A stretch of 64,000 nucleotides of DNA from an uncultured Spirochaetia bacterium (GTDB lineage: Bacteria; Spirochaetota; UBA4802; UBA5368). The position numbers were made by a program, and so were the translations under genes. Below the pieces are notes generated by a model, which ran no database searches, was not told where the DNA came from, and was given only the letters and a program-made list of their open reading frames with translations. The DNA lies in NCBI GenBank assembly GCA_937877025.1, contig CALEGE010000029.1:13696-77695 (forward strand). The letters are read 5' to 3'. Every line of letters begins with the position of its first letter. Position 1 is the stretch's first letter. Shown here in pieces: positions 26,794-35,915 of this stretch.

Positions 26794-28395
26794 ATGATTG
26801 CACAGGTGCTTGGCGGCATAGGCATTTTCCTGATCGGCATGATTCTGATGACCGACGGTCTTAAATCGCTGGGCGGAGACGCCCTGCGGAGGGCTCTCAC
26901 GCGGTTTACTGGGGGGACGGTGCAATCCATCATTTCTGGATTTGCTGTCACCTCTCTGGTGCAGGCGTCGAGCGCCACCATCCTCGCAACGATCGGCTTT
27001 GTATCCGCGGGGCTCATAACGTTTACGCAGGCCATCGCGATCGTATTCGGCGCGAATCTGGGGACCACCACCATCGGCTGGCTGGTGTCGCTGCTTGGTT
27101 TTAAGTTTCACGTCGAGCTTGTCGCGATGCCGATGGCGGGTATCGGCGCGTTAATGATGCTGCTTGCGCGCGGCAGAAAGGCCTCTGCGGGAATGGTCAT
27201 TGCCGGATTTGGCCTCCTGTTCATCGGCATTGCCACGCTGCAATCGGGGATGAAACATCTTACCGACAACGTCGATATCACCACATTTCCCGATGCGGGA
27301 TGGTACGGCAGGGTTGTGCTTATCGCCGTCGGAATTTTAATGACAATCCTGATGCAGTCGTCGACAGCGGCGCTCGTAACCACGCTCGCGGCGCTGTATA
27401 CCGGCAATCTTACCCTGGCGCAGGCCGCCGCGCTTGTGATAGGACAGAGTATCGGTAAAACGTCGACAGCGGTTATTGCGACAATCGGCGCGTCGGTCCA
27501 GGCCAGGCGCGCCGCTCTGGTGCATATAATTTTCAATTGCGTCACGGGATTCGTTGTCTATTTTCTGTTTGCGCCCTTTCTCAATACGACCACATGGCTC
27601 TGCTCGCTTGCGGGCATCCATGATCCTTCTGTGGCGCTGTCGGGATTTTTTACGCTCTATAATCTTTTCGGCATCGTTTTGCTTTCCCCGTTCATCTCGC
27701 ATATCGGGGCTCTGATAGAGCGCTATATTCCCGAGCGCGGCTCGGCGCTGACGCGTAATCTTGACGATTCTGTGACGAAGGTGGCGCCTGTCGCGGTCGA
27801 AACGGCGCGCCGTACGGTGATTGGTATCGCGGCGCTTGTGATGGGATCGCTTCGCAGACTTGTGCTTGCCGAGGTTACCTACAGGGATATTGCCGATGAT
27901 ATTGAAGGAGCGCAGACCGCCTTAGCCGAAACGGGAAGATTTCTCGGGAAAGTCAGTTCGGAATCCGCGTCGGCGGAGGTGCACCACCAGCACATATCGG
28001 TGCTGCACGCAATCGACCATCTTGAGCGGCTGACCGATGCGTGCAAAGAGATAGAGGAGGTGCGCACCGTAGCGCATATCGAAGAATTACGCGCCATTGC
28101 CCTTGAAAAGCTTGACCAGCTTGATGATGTAGTGAAATGGCTGCAGGGCCGTTCTTTTGAACCGCCGGTACGCATCGTGGAGGCCATGTCACGATCGATT
28201 GCCGGCATACGGCAGACGCAGCGCGTCGAGGTGCTCGAGCTCACGGCGCGGGGCGGAATTGACCCGAACCTCGCTATGGGAAAACTTGAAGCGATGCGCT
28301 GGCTTGACCGGCTGGTGTATCATATCTGGCGTGCGGTCTACCACCTCGGCGACAGGCTGCAAGAGCAGGTGCAACTGCCCCGGGACAGGCGATAA
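26794..28395 (+). CDS. Na+/phosphate-cotransporter-family (NptA-like) membrane protein with C-terminal PhoU-like domain
   Basis: N-terminal MIAQVLGGIGIFLIGMILMTDGLK... typical of Na/Pi-cotransporter II-related proteins. C-terminal helical PhoU-like region. Confidence 0.8.
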   Translation: MIAQVLGGIGIFLIGMILMTDGLKSLGGDALRRALTRFTGGTVQSIISGFAVTSLVQASSATILATIGFVSAGLITFTQAIAIVFGANLGTTTIGWLVSLLGFKFHVELVAMPMAGIGALMMLLARGRKASAGMVIAGFGLLFIGIATLQSGMKHLTDNVDITTFPDAGWYGRVVLIAVGILMTILMQSSTAALVTTLAALYTGNLTLAQAAALVIGQSIGKTSTAVIATIGASVQARRAALVHIIFNCVTGFVVYFLFAPFLNTTTWLCSLAGIHDPSVALSGFFTLYNLFGIVLLSPFISHIGALIERYIPERGSALTRNLDDSVTKVAPVAVETARRTVIGIAALVMGSLRRLVLAEVTYRDIADDIEGAQTALAETGRFLGKVSSESASAEVHHQHISVLHAIDHLERLTDACKEIEEVRTVAHIEELRAIALEKLDQLDDVVKWLQGRSFEPPVRIVEAMSRSIAGIRQTQRVEVLELTARGGIDPNLAMGKLEAMRWLDRLVYHIWRAVYHLGDRLQEQVQLPRDRR

Positions 28396-28398
28396 CGG

Positions 28399-29220
28399 TT
28401 ATGCCAGCCGGCGCTGTGCGGCGCTCTCGGTCATCCCGTCCACTTCTTCTTGAAGCAGTACTATCCGCGCGCGAAGGTCGTTCATAAGGTCATCGAGCCT
28501 CTCGACGGAGTATCCGGCAGTGGGCATTTCCTTTCCTATTTTTACAATCACATTGCTTGGATAGATTAACGGCGTGTCGGGTTTGAGTATGTTGTACGAT
28601 CCTTTTATGTATATGGGTACGATCGGTACGCCCGTTTGCACGCAGAGATGAAAGAGCCCTTTCTTGAATTGCTGCAGTTCACCGGTTCGGCTGCGGGTTC
28701 CTTCAGGGAATATCATTATGCGGCGCCCCTGTTTTACTTTTTCCGCCGCCTCGTTCATGCTGTTGATCGCCTTTTCCCTGTTGCCGCGGTCCACCGATAT
28801 GTACCCGTTCAGCTTCATATGCCATCCCATGAATGGAATCTTAAAAAGCACGGCCTTGGCGACCCATCCGAACTTGACAGGTATGACTGAATTCAATATG
28901 AAAATATCGAAATGGCTGGAATGGTTTGATGCGAAAATTTGCACTCTGCCGGGATCGATATTTCCGATGCCTTCTGTGCGGACCCTGATTCGGCAGACAA
29001 AGAGAATGCTTTTTGACCATGCGCGCATGCAGAAATGAGCCATCCTTCCTCCGGGGCTGTAGATGATCGATGTGATCGATACCGTTCCCCAGAAAACTGT
29101 GTCGAGAAGAATGAAAATCCAGCATGCAAGGGAATTGAGTATCGCGAGAATATCCTTCATTATCAAGTTCCTCCTGGGGCCGAAAGTGCGGTCTCCGGGC
29201 GCGCACCGGCCGGTGCTCAA
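28399..29220 (-). CDS. Lysophospholipid acyltransferase (PlsC-like)
   Basis: HxxxxD motif (NHSSHFDIF) and FPEGTRS motif. N-terminal TM. Confidence 0.75.
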   Translation of the reverse strand: MSTGRCAPGDRTFGPRRNLIMKDILAILNSLACWIFILLDTVFWGTVSITSIIYSPGGRMAHFCMRAWSKSILFVCRIRVRTEGIGNIDPGRVQIFASNHSSHFDIFILNSVIPVKFGWVAKAVLFKIPFMGWHMKLNGYISVDRGNREKAINSMNEAAEKVKQGRRIMIFPEGTRSRTGELQQFKKGLFHLCVQTGVPIVPIYIKGSYNILKPDTPLIYPSNVIVKIGKEMPTAGYSVERLDDLMNDLRARIVLLQEEVDGMTESAAQRRLA

Positions 29221-29375
29221 TAATTACTCAAATCATTTTCGAAAACGTGTTGATATATTGCCAATTCGAGAAATTTGTCAATTACATTTCCCTGACAAAC
29301 GGCCATAGTCGCAGGAAACGCTTTTTACTTGCGTTTGCCCTGCGGCGGTAGTAGGCAGGTACTCTGGAGAATGAA

Positions 29376-30602
29376 ATGAGAAAAAGCAAAAAAACTGTCG
29401 CGGTCATCGGCGGCGGTGCATCCGGGCTGGTGGCGGCGTTGTTCGCGGCCGACGCCGGATGCAGTGTTGTGCTGTTTGAAAAACAGAAGGCGCTTGGGCG
29501 CAAACTACGGATTACCGGTAACGGGCGCTGTAACATTACAAACAGGGATATCGACGCCACCCATTACCATGGGCACAATCCCATGTTTGTGAAGAATATA
29601 TTTGCGCGTTTCGGACTCGACGCCACGATCGATTTTTTCGAATCGATCGGCATACCCTTTTGCGAGGGAGAAGGAGGCCGCCTGTATCCGGCGTCACTGC
29701 AGGCGTCATCAGTGGTGAAGATTCTGGAATACGAGGCGCGCAGGCGCGGGGTCGATGTGCTGCTTCACCGCAAGGTCGACAGGATTGAGGTGTCTGGAGG
29801 CGGGGTGCGCCTGATTACCGCGGGAAAAGAGGAATTCGACGTCGATTCGGCCGTCCTTGCCGCGGGGAGTTGCGCCTATTCGCCTCTGGGCGCGTCGCGA
29901 AGCGGATACGAGCTTGCGATATCGCTTGGCCACCGGGTATACGAGCCTTTTCCTTCGATACTCCCGCTCACTATCCCCTTGAAAGCGCTGCACCGTCTCG
30001 AAGGGATAAAATGGGACTGCCGGTTGAGCGCTATCCTTGATGGTAAAATAATTGCGCAGTCCGAGGAAGAAACGCTTTTTACCCGGTATGGCATTTCCGG
30101 GCCCGCCGCGCTCGAGATCTCCCGCGCCGTGAACGAGGCCATGACGCGGGGCGCGATACCGGAGGTGAATATCGATTTTTTCCCGCGCATGGATTCGAAT
30201 GCGCTTATGTCGTTGCTTGATTCACTCTGGGACGATGGCGACAGGCCGATCGGTTTCAGCCTGCTGGGCATACTCAAAGAGCGCATGCCCGCTGTTGTGC
30301 TTCACGTTATTGGTATCGATACGGAGATGCCGGTGCGTGCTGCAACGGCAGCCCAGAGGAGCGCTATTGCCGCCGCATTGAAAGATTTTCGAGTTGTTCC
30401 GGGAGAGCCGCGGGGCTTTGGCGAGGCGGTCGTCGCGGCGGGCGGCGTTGATGTCGATCAAATTCATCCGGCGACAATGGAGTCAAAAATCGCCCGCGGC
30501 GTGCACATTACAGGCGAGCTGCTCGACATCGACGGTGATAGCGGCGGCTATAATCTCCAGTTTGCATGGAGCACCGGCGCGATCGCGGGCATGGCCCAGT
30601 AA
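29376..30602 (+). CDS. HI0933/BaiN-like NAD(P)/FAD-dependent oxidoreductase
   Basis: VAVIGGGASGLVAALFAA dinucleotide fold, ...RITGNGRCNITN typical of the HI0933 family. Confidence 0.8.
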   Translation: MRKSKKTVAVIGGGASGLVAALFAADAGCSVVLFEKQKALGRKLRITGNGRCNITNRDIDATHYHGHNPMFVKNIFARFGLDATIDFFESIGIPFCEGEGGRLYPASLQASSVVKILEYEARRRGVDVLLHRKVDRIEVSGGGVRLITAGKEEFDVDSAVLAAGSCAYSPLGASRSGYELAISLGHRVYEPFPSILPLTIPLKALHRLEGIKWDCRLSAILDGKIIAQSEEETLFTRYGISGPAALEISRAVNEAMTRGAIPEVNIDFFPRMDSNALMSLLDSLWDDGDRPIGFSLLGILKERMPAVVLHVIGIDTEMPVRAATAAQRSAIAAALKDFRVVPGEPRGFGEAVVAAGGVDVDQIHPATMESKIARGVHITGELLDIDGDSGGYNLQFAWSTGAIAGMAQ

Positions 30603-30621
30603 GTGCGCGGATTGCAGCCGG

Positions 30622-30882
30622 TTAAAACATTGCAGTGAAGCCTTTAAGCGTTGTGAGCCTGCCGCATACTGTATTCAATACCCCCTCTTCAGGAAACACC
30701 GCGGTAATGGTATATGAAATATATGTGCTGTTTTTACTTGTGCGCGCGCTGATGTCGGCGCTGATTGCATGTTCGGCAAGTATGTTTTTCAGCGTTTCCA
30801 TCAGGTATGGAAGATTTCGATATACCGCCTTGAACGTAATTTCGGTGGGAAATTCGGGAACTTTCTTTTCAGATGCTTTCAT
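30622..30882 (-). CDS. DUF493/YbeD-like small protein
   Basis: EFPTEITFKAV... matches the YbeD N-terminal pattern (EFPTPFTYKVMG). 86 aa. Confidence 0.6.
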   Translation of the reverse strand: MKASEKKVPEFPTEITFKAVYRNLPYLMETLKNILAEHAISADISARTSKNSTYISYTITAVFPEEGVLNTVCGRLTTLKGFTAMF

Positions 30883-31195
30883 GTACGATACCGTTATCCA
30901 GAGATATATCAGCCCCTCTGTCGTGGCCTCTGTATGTTACTGTAGCATGAGACGGCGGCCTTGACGTTTATTTCCCACGTAAAAATATATTCGGGCTTTG
31001 CGTCGTATCGTGTAAAATATAGCGAATGGCCGTCCTGCGTGCAATCATAATTTAGCCGCCTGCCGCCGCTTTTTACTTTGACATAATAAAAAAAATGTGA
31101 GATGCGTTGAGAGCGCAGATACGTAATCATGCCGAATGAATGGCATCGTGGGGGGTTGCAATCCCATAACACTCTGAGAACAATGCGGGGGTGGT

Positions 31196-31855
31196 ATGAA
31201 GAATAGTGTATATGCGTGTATCAGATGCGCGTGTGCGGTATGGCTGGGTGTCATGGCCATGGAATATGGCGCATTGGGGGCGGAATGCCGGCCGAAAACC
31301 GCATACGGGAATCCGCCTGTTATCGGTTTGAAAATACCAGAGGCGGAGCTTGACGCATATTACAGGGGTGAGATAAAGAAAATACGGTTGTCCGATTACA
31401 GGGGCAAATGGCTTGTGCTGTTTTTTTATCCTGCGGATTTTACGTTTGTATGCCCCACGGAACTGAAGGAGATGTCGGCATATTATGACAAATTTAGAAA
31501 GGCGGGCGCCGAAGTGCTGAGCGTCAGCACAGACTCGGTGTATGTTCACCGTGCCTGGGCCGAGCATAACGAGGATATCAGGAAGATCGCGTATCCCATG
31601 CTTTCCGACCGACCGGGCAAACTCTCCCGGGCGATGGGCGTGTATGTCGAAGAGCGTGGCGTCGCACTGCGCGCGTCGTTTGTCGTGGACCCCGACGGTA
31701 AAATAATTGCGTGCGAAATTCACGATGAGAGCATAGGCAGAAGCGCCTCCGAGCTGCTCCGCAAACTCGATGCCGCCATAGCCGTCCGTGAGAGTGATGG
31801 GGGATTCTGCCCCGCAAACTGGAACGCCGGTGACGCGCTGATCAAACCGAAATGA
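31196..31855 (+). CDS. 2-Cys peroxiredoxin (AhpC/TSA family), possibly exported
   Basis: FFYPADFTFVCPTE peroxidatic Cys motif and a resolving Cys near the C-terminus. Hydrophobic N-terminus suggests a signal peptide; an alternative start is ATG 31259. Confidence 0.85.
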   Translation: MKNSVYACIRCACAVWLGVMAMEYGALGAECRPKTAYGNPPVIGLKIPEAELDAYYRGEIKKIRLSDYRGKWLVLFFYPADFTFVCPTELKEMSAYYDKFRKAGAEVLSVSTDSVYVHRAWAEHNEDIRKIAYPMLSDRPGKLSRAMGVYVEERGVALRASFVVDPDGKIIACEIHDESIGRSASELLRKLDAAIAVRESDGGFCPANWNAGDALIKPK

Positions 31856-31859
31856 AATT

Positions 31860-33014
31860 TTAAATCGCTTCCCCGATGGTGATGTAGAACGCGTTGAAAT
31901 CGCCGCAGCGGCCGTAATCGATCCGCGCGTTGATCTTCTCGGCGGTATTTATGCAGAAGCGTATTCCGCTGCCGTAGGCGACCTTGAAATCCTTCACGTC
32001 GAGATATTCGAGACGGTGCATTACGTCGCCGACGCTCGCGAACACGACCGTGCCGAAACGCCACAAGATATGCATACGGTATTCGCTTTGCAGCAATACC
32101 ATATCGTTGTCGCGGTAGCGTCCCATAAAAAGACCCCGCATAAGCTGCTTGCCGCCGAGTTGCGAGAGCATCTCGAAGGGCGCCGTCCCCGATATCACGT
32201 TCGCGTATCCCTGGAGGGCAAGCGCCTGATTTTTATATGTGGGGAAATATTTCCGGATATCGAGTGTGTATTTCAGAAAATCGTACCCGCTGCCGAAAAA
32301 CTTGTTGAACGCGATTGCGGTAAATTGATAATGCTCCCCTTTTGTGGTGTAGAGGTTGTTGTCCCGCGTATCGTAGGTGACCGAAAAACCCGCACCCGAA
32401 GAATAATTACCGCCGCGCGATCCGGGAACATCTCTTTTGGCGATCATTCCGCCTTCCTCGGCCTTCGTAACATGGCTCCACTCGTACTGGTACACAATGC
32501 CCAGATACAGTCTGTTCCACACGTCGCGCTGCAACTCCACGCGTGATCTGAAGATGTCCGATGTGTAGTGCTCCTTGTTTGCCGCGGGCGTGTCGTTGCC
32601 GATTCCGTAAAACAGGTTGGGGTAATTGAGGTATTCCATCGCCCCCACGATATGTAATTTTTCGTTGTCCATATAAAATTCTGGAAAAAGCTGCCAGATG
32701 AACTGCTTATTTTGAGTGTAGGTGAAGGTTGTTGCGATTGTCGACGGACGGATATTCAGCGGCAATTGCGTTGATGGCCGAAAATATGTGATAAAGACGA
32801 GTCCGCCCGCGACCTGCGTTTCCGGTTTATAATACAGGTGCGGTATCACCATAAATCCGTTTGCCTGCACTGCTACAACATCTTTTTTTATTTCTTCTTC
32901 GGGCAGTTTTTCAGGGGATGTGGGCGCCGCGCCGATGCGGATACTGCACACGGGGATTGATAATACAATACACACAATGGCGATTCGCCTGAATAGTCTT
33001 TTACACGGTAGCAT
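31860..33014 (-). CDS. Putative outer-membrane beta-barrel protein
   Basis: Signal peptide, then alternating amphipathic/aromatic-rich strands throughout. No confident family assignment. Confidence 0.4.
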   Translation of the reverse strand: MLPCKRLFRRIAIVCIVLSIPVCSIRIGAAPTSPEKLPEEEIKKDVVAVQANGFMVIPHLYYKPETQVAGGLVFITYFRPSTQLPLNIRPSTIATTFTYTQNKQFIWQLFPEFYMDNEKLHIVGAMEYLNYPNLFYGIGNDTPAANKEHYTSDIFRSRVELQRDVWNRLYLGIVYQYEWSHVTKAEEGGMIAKRDVPGSRGGNYSSGAGFSVTYDTRDNNLYTTKGEHYQFTAIAFNKFFGSGYDFLKYTLDIRKYFPTYKNQALALQGYANVISGTAPFEMLSQLGGKQLMRGLFMGRYRDNDMVLLQSEYRMHILWRFGTVVFASVGDVMHRLEYLDVKDFKVAYGSGIRFCINTAEKINARIDYGRCGDFNAFYITIGEAI

Positions 33015-33343
33015 GCAGTTTCCTGATAATCGTTGTCGATGTGGCGGTACGGTCAGTGCCCACGCAGCGTTATCCCGTTATTTCGTCTTAATTTCGTCTC
33101 ACAGAAAACATGAGAAGTACAGCGGGGAAAAACATGTAAAATCAAGCATTATTTTTACATAAAAAATTAATGCGCACTGCGAAATATAGCATGAACGGCA
33201 CGGCGCATCAAGAATTAATTGTCGCTTTGGTGCGCAGTGGTTCTTTTTTATTCTTCGCGGACTGTGTTTTTCCGTAGCGTATTTTTTTCTTGATCGTTGC
33301 GGAGAATATAGTAAAGTAATAAAAAAATTATTCAGTATTTCCC

Positions 33344-34120
33344 ATGTATCACGTGACTATACGGTTTTATGAGGAATTAAACGATTTCCTCGCCCGCGAT
33401 CGCCGCAAACATGATATCGAATTTGCGTTTGGAGGCCGCCGCTCGGTAAAAGATCTGATTGAGAGTTTCGGGGTGCCGCATGTGGAGGTCGATCTCATTC
33501 TGGTAAACGGCGCATCGGTCGGCTTCAATTACATTGTCCGCGATAACGATAGAATCAGCGTGTATCCTGTGTTCGAGCTTTTTGATATAGGCGGGGTTAC
33601 GCGATTGAGACCGACGCCGCTGCGCGATACGAAATTTGTGCTCGACGTTCATCTGCGAAAGCTGGCGCGCCATATGCGTTTGCTTGGATTCGATGTTGAT
33701 TACCTGGAAGGGCGAAGCGATGCGGAGCTTGCCGGTATCGCCGAGCGTGATAACAGGATACTCCTTACGCGCGACAGACAGTTGTTGATGCGGAAAATCG
33801 TTTCGCGGGGCCTCATTGTGCGGAATACTGATCCGGACAGGCAGATCGTCGAGGTGCTCGACCGTCTGCAGCTCTGGAATGCCTGCAATCCCTTCAGCAG
33901 ATGCATTGAATGTAACGGTGCGATGCAGGGCGTGCGCGCGGACGATGACGGTTTTGCGCAGATAGCCGCCGTCATTCCCCCGGGGGTACGCGCATGGTGC
34001 GAGGAATACTATAGCTGCACGAACTGCGGCAGGGTCTACTGGAAGGGGAGTCACTACGTCAGACTCAGGGCCTTTGTGGATCGTCTCAGAAAGCGGAAAG
34101 AGGATTTAAACACGGGATGA
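33344..34120 (+). CDS. Ubiquitin-like (MoaD/ThiS-type) N-terminal domain fused to Mut7-C (PIN-like) RNase domain with C-terminal Zn-ribbon
   Basis: N-terminal ~80 aa beta-grasp-like (…HVEVDLILVNGASV…ISVYPVF). Mut7-C-like core (KFVLDVHLRKLARHMRLLGFDV, LLTRDRQLL). CxxC...CxxC ribbon (CIECNG...CTNCG). Confidence 0.6.
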   Translation: MYHVTIRFYEELNDFLARDRRKHDIEFAFGGRRSVKDLIESFGVPHVEVDLILVNGASVGFNYIVRDNDRISVYPVFELFDIGGVTRLRPTPLRDTKFVLDVHLRKLARHMRLLGFDVDYLEGRSDAELAGIAERDNRILLTRDRQLLMRKIVSRGLIVRNTDPDRQIVEVLDRLQLWNACNPFSRCIECNGAMQGVRADDDGFAQIAAVIPPGVRAWCEEYYSCTNCGRVYWKGSHYVRLRAFVDRLRKRKEDLNTG

Positions 34121-34244
34121 TGAGTATGCGTGTTCGCGGAGCTATGGTTAATTAAAATTTTGTATACAAACAAAATATTGTATGCAAAACAAAATGATAT
34201 ATATTAATGTATGAACAACGATGCGGATTTCAGGGGCGATCGAC

Positions 34245-35915
34245 ATGAAGCTGCTTCTGCTGTATCTGTGCAATTATGAAGACCGACGCGATTATTTTCT
34301 CTCGTCAATGCCTTCCGGATTGGTATCGCTTGCCGCGTATCTCGAGGGACGCGGCTGTGATGTGACCCTCGCGAATTTTTCAAAAACTGGATGCCGTGCC
34401 GCCCTGAAATACGCGGTGCAGTCATCTCCCGATGTTGTCGGCATGTCGTTGTACACGCACAACAGGGCGGACTCGTTAAAACTTGTAAAAGAGATAAAAA
34501 AATCGCTGCCGAACACAGTTGTCATCACCGGGGGGCCGCACGCCACGCATCTCGCGGACGAATTGCTGAAGCGGGCGCCCGCGATCGATTATGTGGTGTG
34601 CGGCGAGGGTGAAAAGGCGATGGCGTTTCTGTTGAAGAAAATTGCCGCCGGCCTGGCGCCCGCCCGCGGCGCCTATGAAAAGGGCAGAATTGAGAATCTC
34701 GATACGCTTCCCTTTCCCGGGCAATTCAGGGGAACTCGCGTCGGCATCGACCCGAATGAACAGTTCAAGGTAATCATCACGTCGCGCGGGTGCCCCGCCC
34801 GCTGCACGTTCTGCTGTTCGCCCGGATTCTGGGGACGCAGAACCGCGTTTCGCGGCGCGGAGAATATCGTCCGGGAAATTGAGTACCTTCATACCGAATA
34901 CGGTATCATATATTTTTCCATTCGCGATGATAATTTTACCCTCCGCAGGGAGCGTGTGCTCGAATTCTGCCGCCTGCTTGTCGAAAAGAAGCTGTACATC
35001 ATGTGGAACTGCCAGTCCAGGGTCGATACTGTCGACGAAGAGATGCTCGTGTCGATGAAGCGGGCCGGGCTTGAGCAGATACAGTTCGGCGTTGAATCGG
35101 GATCGGAAAAGATTCTGAAGATGTACGATAAAAACATCACGCCAGCGGAGATATCGAAAGCGATGGAAATGACGCGCCATGCGGGGATTTATCTTTCGAT
35201 CTATCTCATGGCCGGCATGAACGGTGAAACGCGGACCGACATTAATATGACGCGCGCATTGATACGGCAGACGCTTCCGGGTGACGGCGTCGTATCGCCG
35301 GTGGCGCTGTATCCCGGCACACAATTGTACAACGATTTGAAACGCGACGGCCGTATCGCCGATTCGGTGTGGTTTTCTAAGAAAGATGCCGGCATCTATC
35401 TGCGCAACGATACGGAAGTGGAAGAATGGATGGCATTGCTGCTGAACGAGATCGGGAAGGTGCGCGAGCGGGCGTGGTACGGTGAAAGCGATTTTAAACA
35501 GCATCGCAAAGTCACGGGAAAGGATTGCTGGGTTACCGATATACTCGAAGGCGATTATTATATGGATGAAGACCGGTTTGCCGACGCGGAATCGCGGTAC
35601 GTCAGGGTGATCGCCGCTCATCCCCGCAATCTCTGGGGGTATCTCAGGATGGGCAAGGCGCAATTCGCCATGGCGCGGTATGCGGAAGCGGCGCAGAGTT
35701 ACGGGATGGTGACGCGTCTTGCGCCGCGATATTATGGCGGATGGCTCAAGCGGGCGGAATCGCTTCTGGGGCTGGGAATGGGGGATGAGGCGCGTCAGTG
35801 CGCCGACGAGGCGGCGCGCCTCAACGGATATGACCCGAGGATAAAAAACCTTAAAAGGCTGCTGGGCGGTAATTCCACGAAACGCCGGGTCCCGTTACCG
35901 CGGCCCTCTTCGTGA
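34245..35915 (+). CDS. B12-binding-domain radical SAM protein with C-terminal TPR repeats
   Basis: N-terminal cobalamin-binding-like domain, CxxxCxxC (CPARCTFC), TPR-like C-terminus. SD AGGGG upstream of ATG 34245; the ORF-track start at 34221 is less likely. Confidence 0.75.
   Translation: MKLLLLYLCNYEDRRDYFLSSMPSGLVSLAAYLEGRGCDVTLANFSKTGCRAALKYAVQSSPDVVGMSLYTHNRADSLKLVKEIKKSLPNTVVITGGPHATHLADELLKRAPAIDYVVCGEGEKAMAFLLKKIAAGLAPARGAYEKGRIENLDTLPFPGQFRGTRVGIDPNEQFKVIITSRGCPARCTFCCSPGFWGRRTAFRGAENIVREIEYLHTEYGIIYFSIRDDNFTLRRERVLEFCRLLVEKKLYIMWNCQSRVDTVDEEMLVSMKRAGLEQIQFGVESGSEKILKMYDKNITPAEISKAMEMTRHAGIYLSIYLMAGMNGETRTDINMTRALIRQTLPGDGVVSPVALYPGTQLYNDLKRDGRIADSVWFSKKDAGIYLRNDTEVEEWMALLLNEIGKVRERAWYGESDFKQHRKVTGKDCWVTDILEGDYYMDEDRFADAESRYVRVIAAHPRNLWGYLRMGKAQFAMARYAEAAQSYGMVTRLAPRYYGGWLKRAESLLGLGMGDEARQCADEAARLNGYDPRIKNLKRLLGGNSTKRRVPLPRPSS

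Noticed and set aside
26199-27111. Two long minus-strand ORFs (291 aa, 252 aa) across the MauE and Na/Pi transporter genes
   Set aside because: The + strand genes form a tightly coupled operon with membrane-protein hydropathy. The minus ORFs are Arg/Ser-rich low-complexity artefacts.
34476-35663. 395-aa antisense ORF inside the radical SAM gene
   Set aside because: The CxxxCxxC and B12-domain logic supports the + strand. The antisense is an artefact of GC richness.
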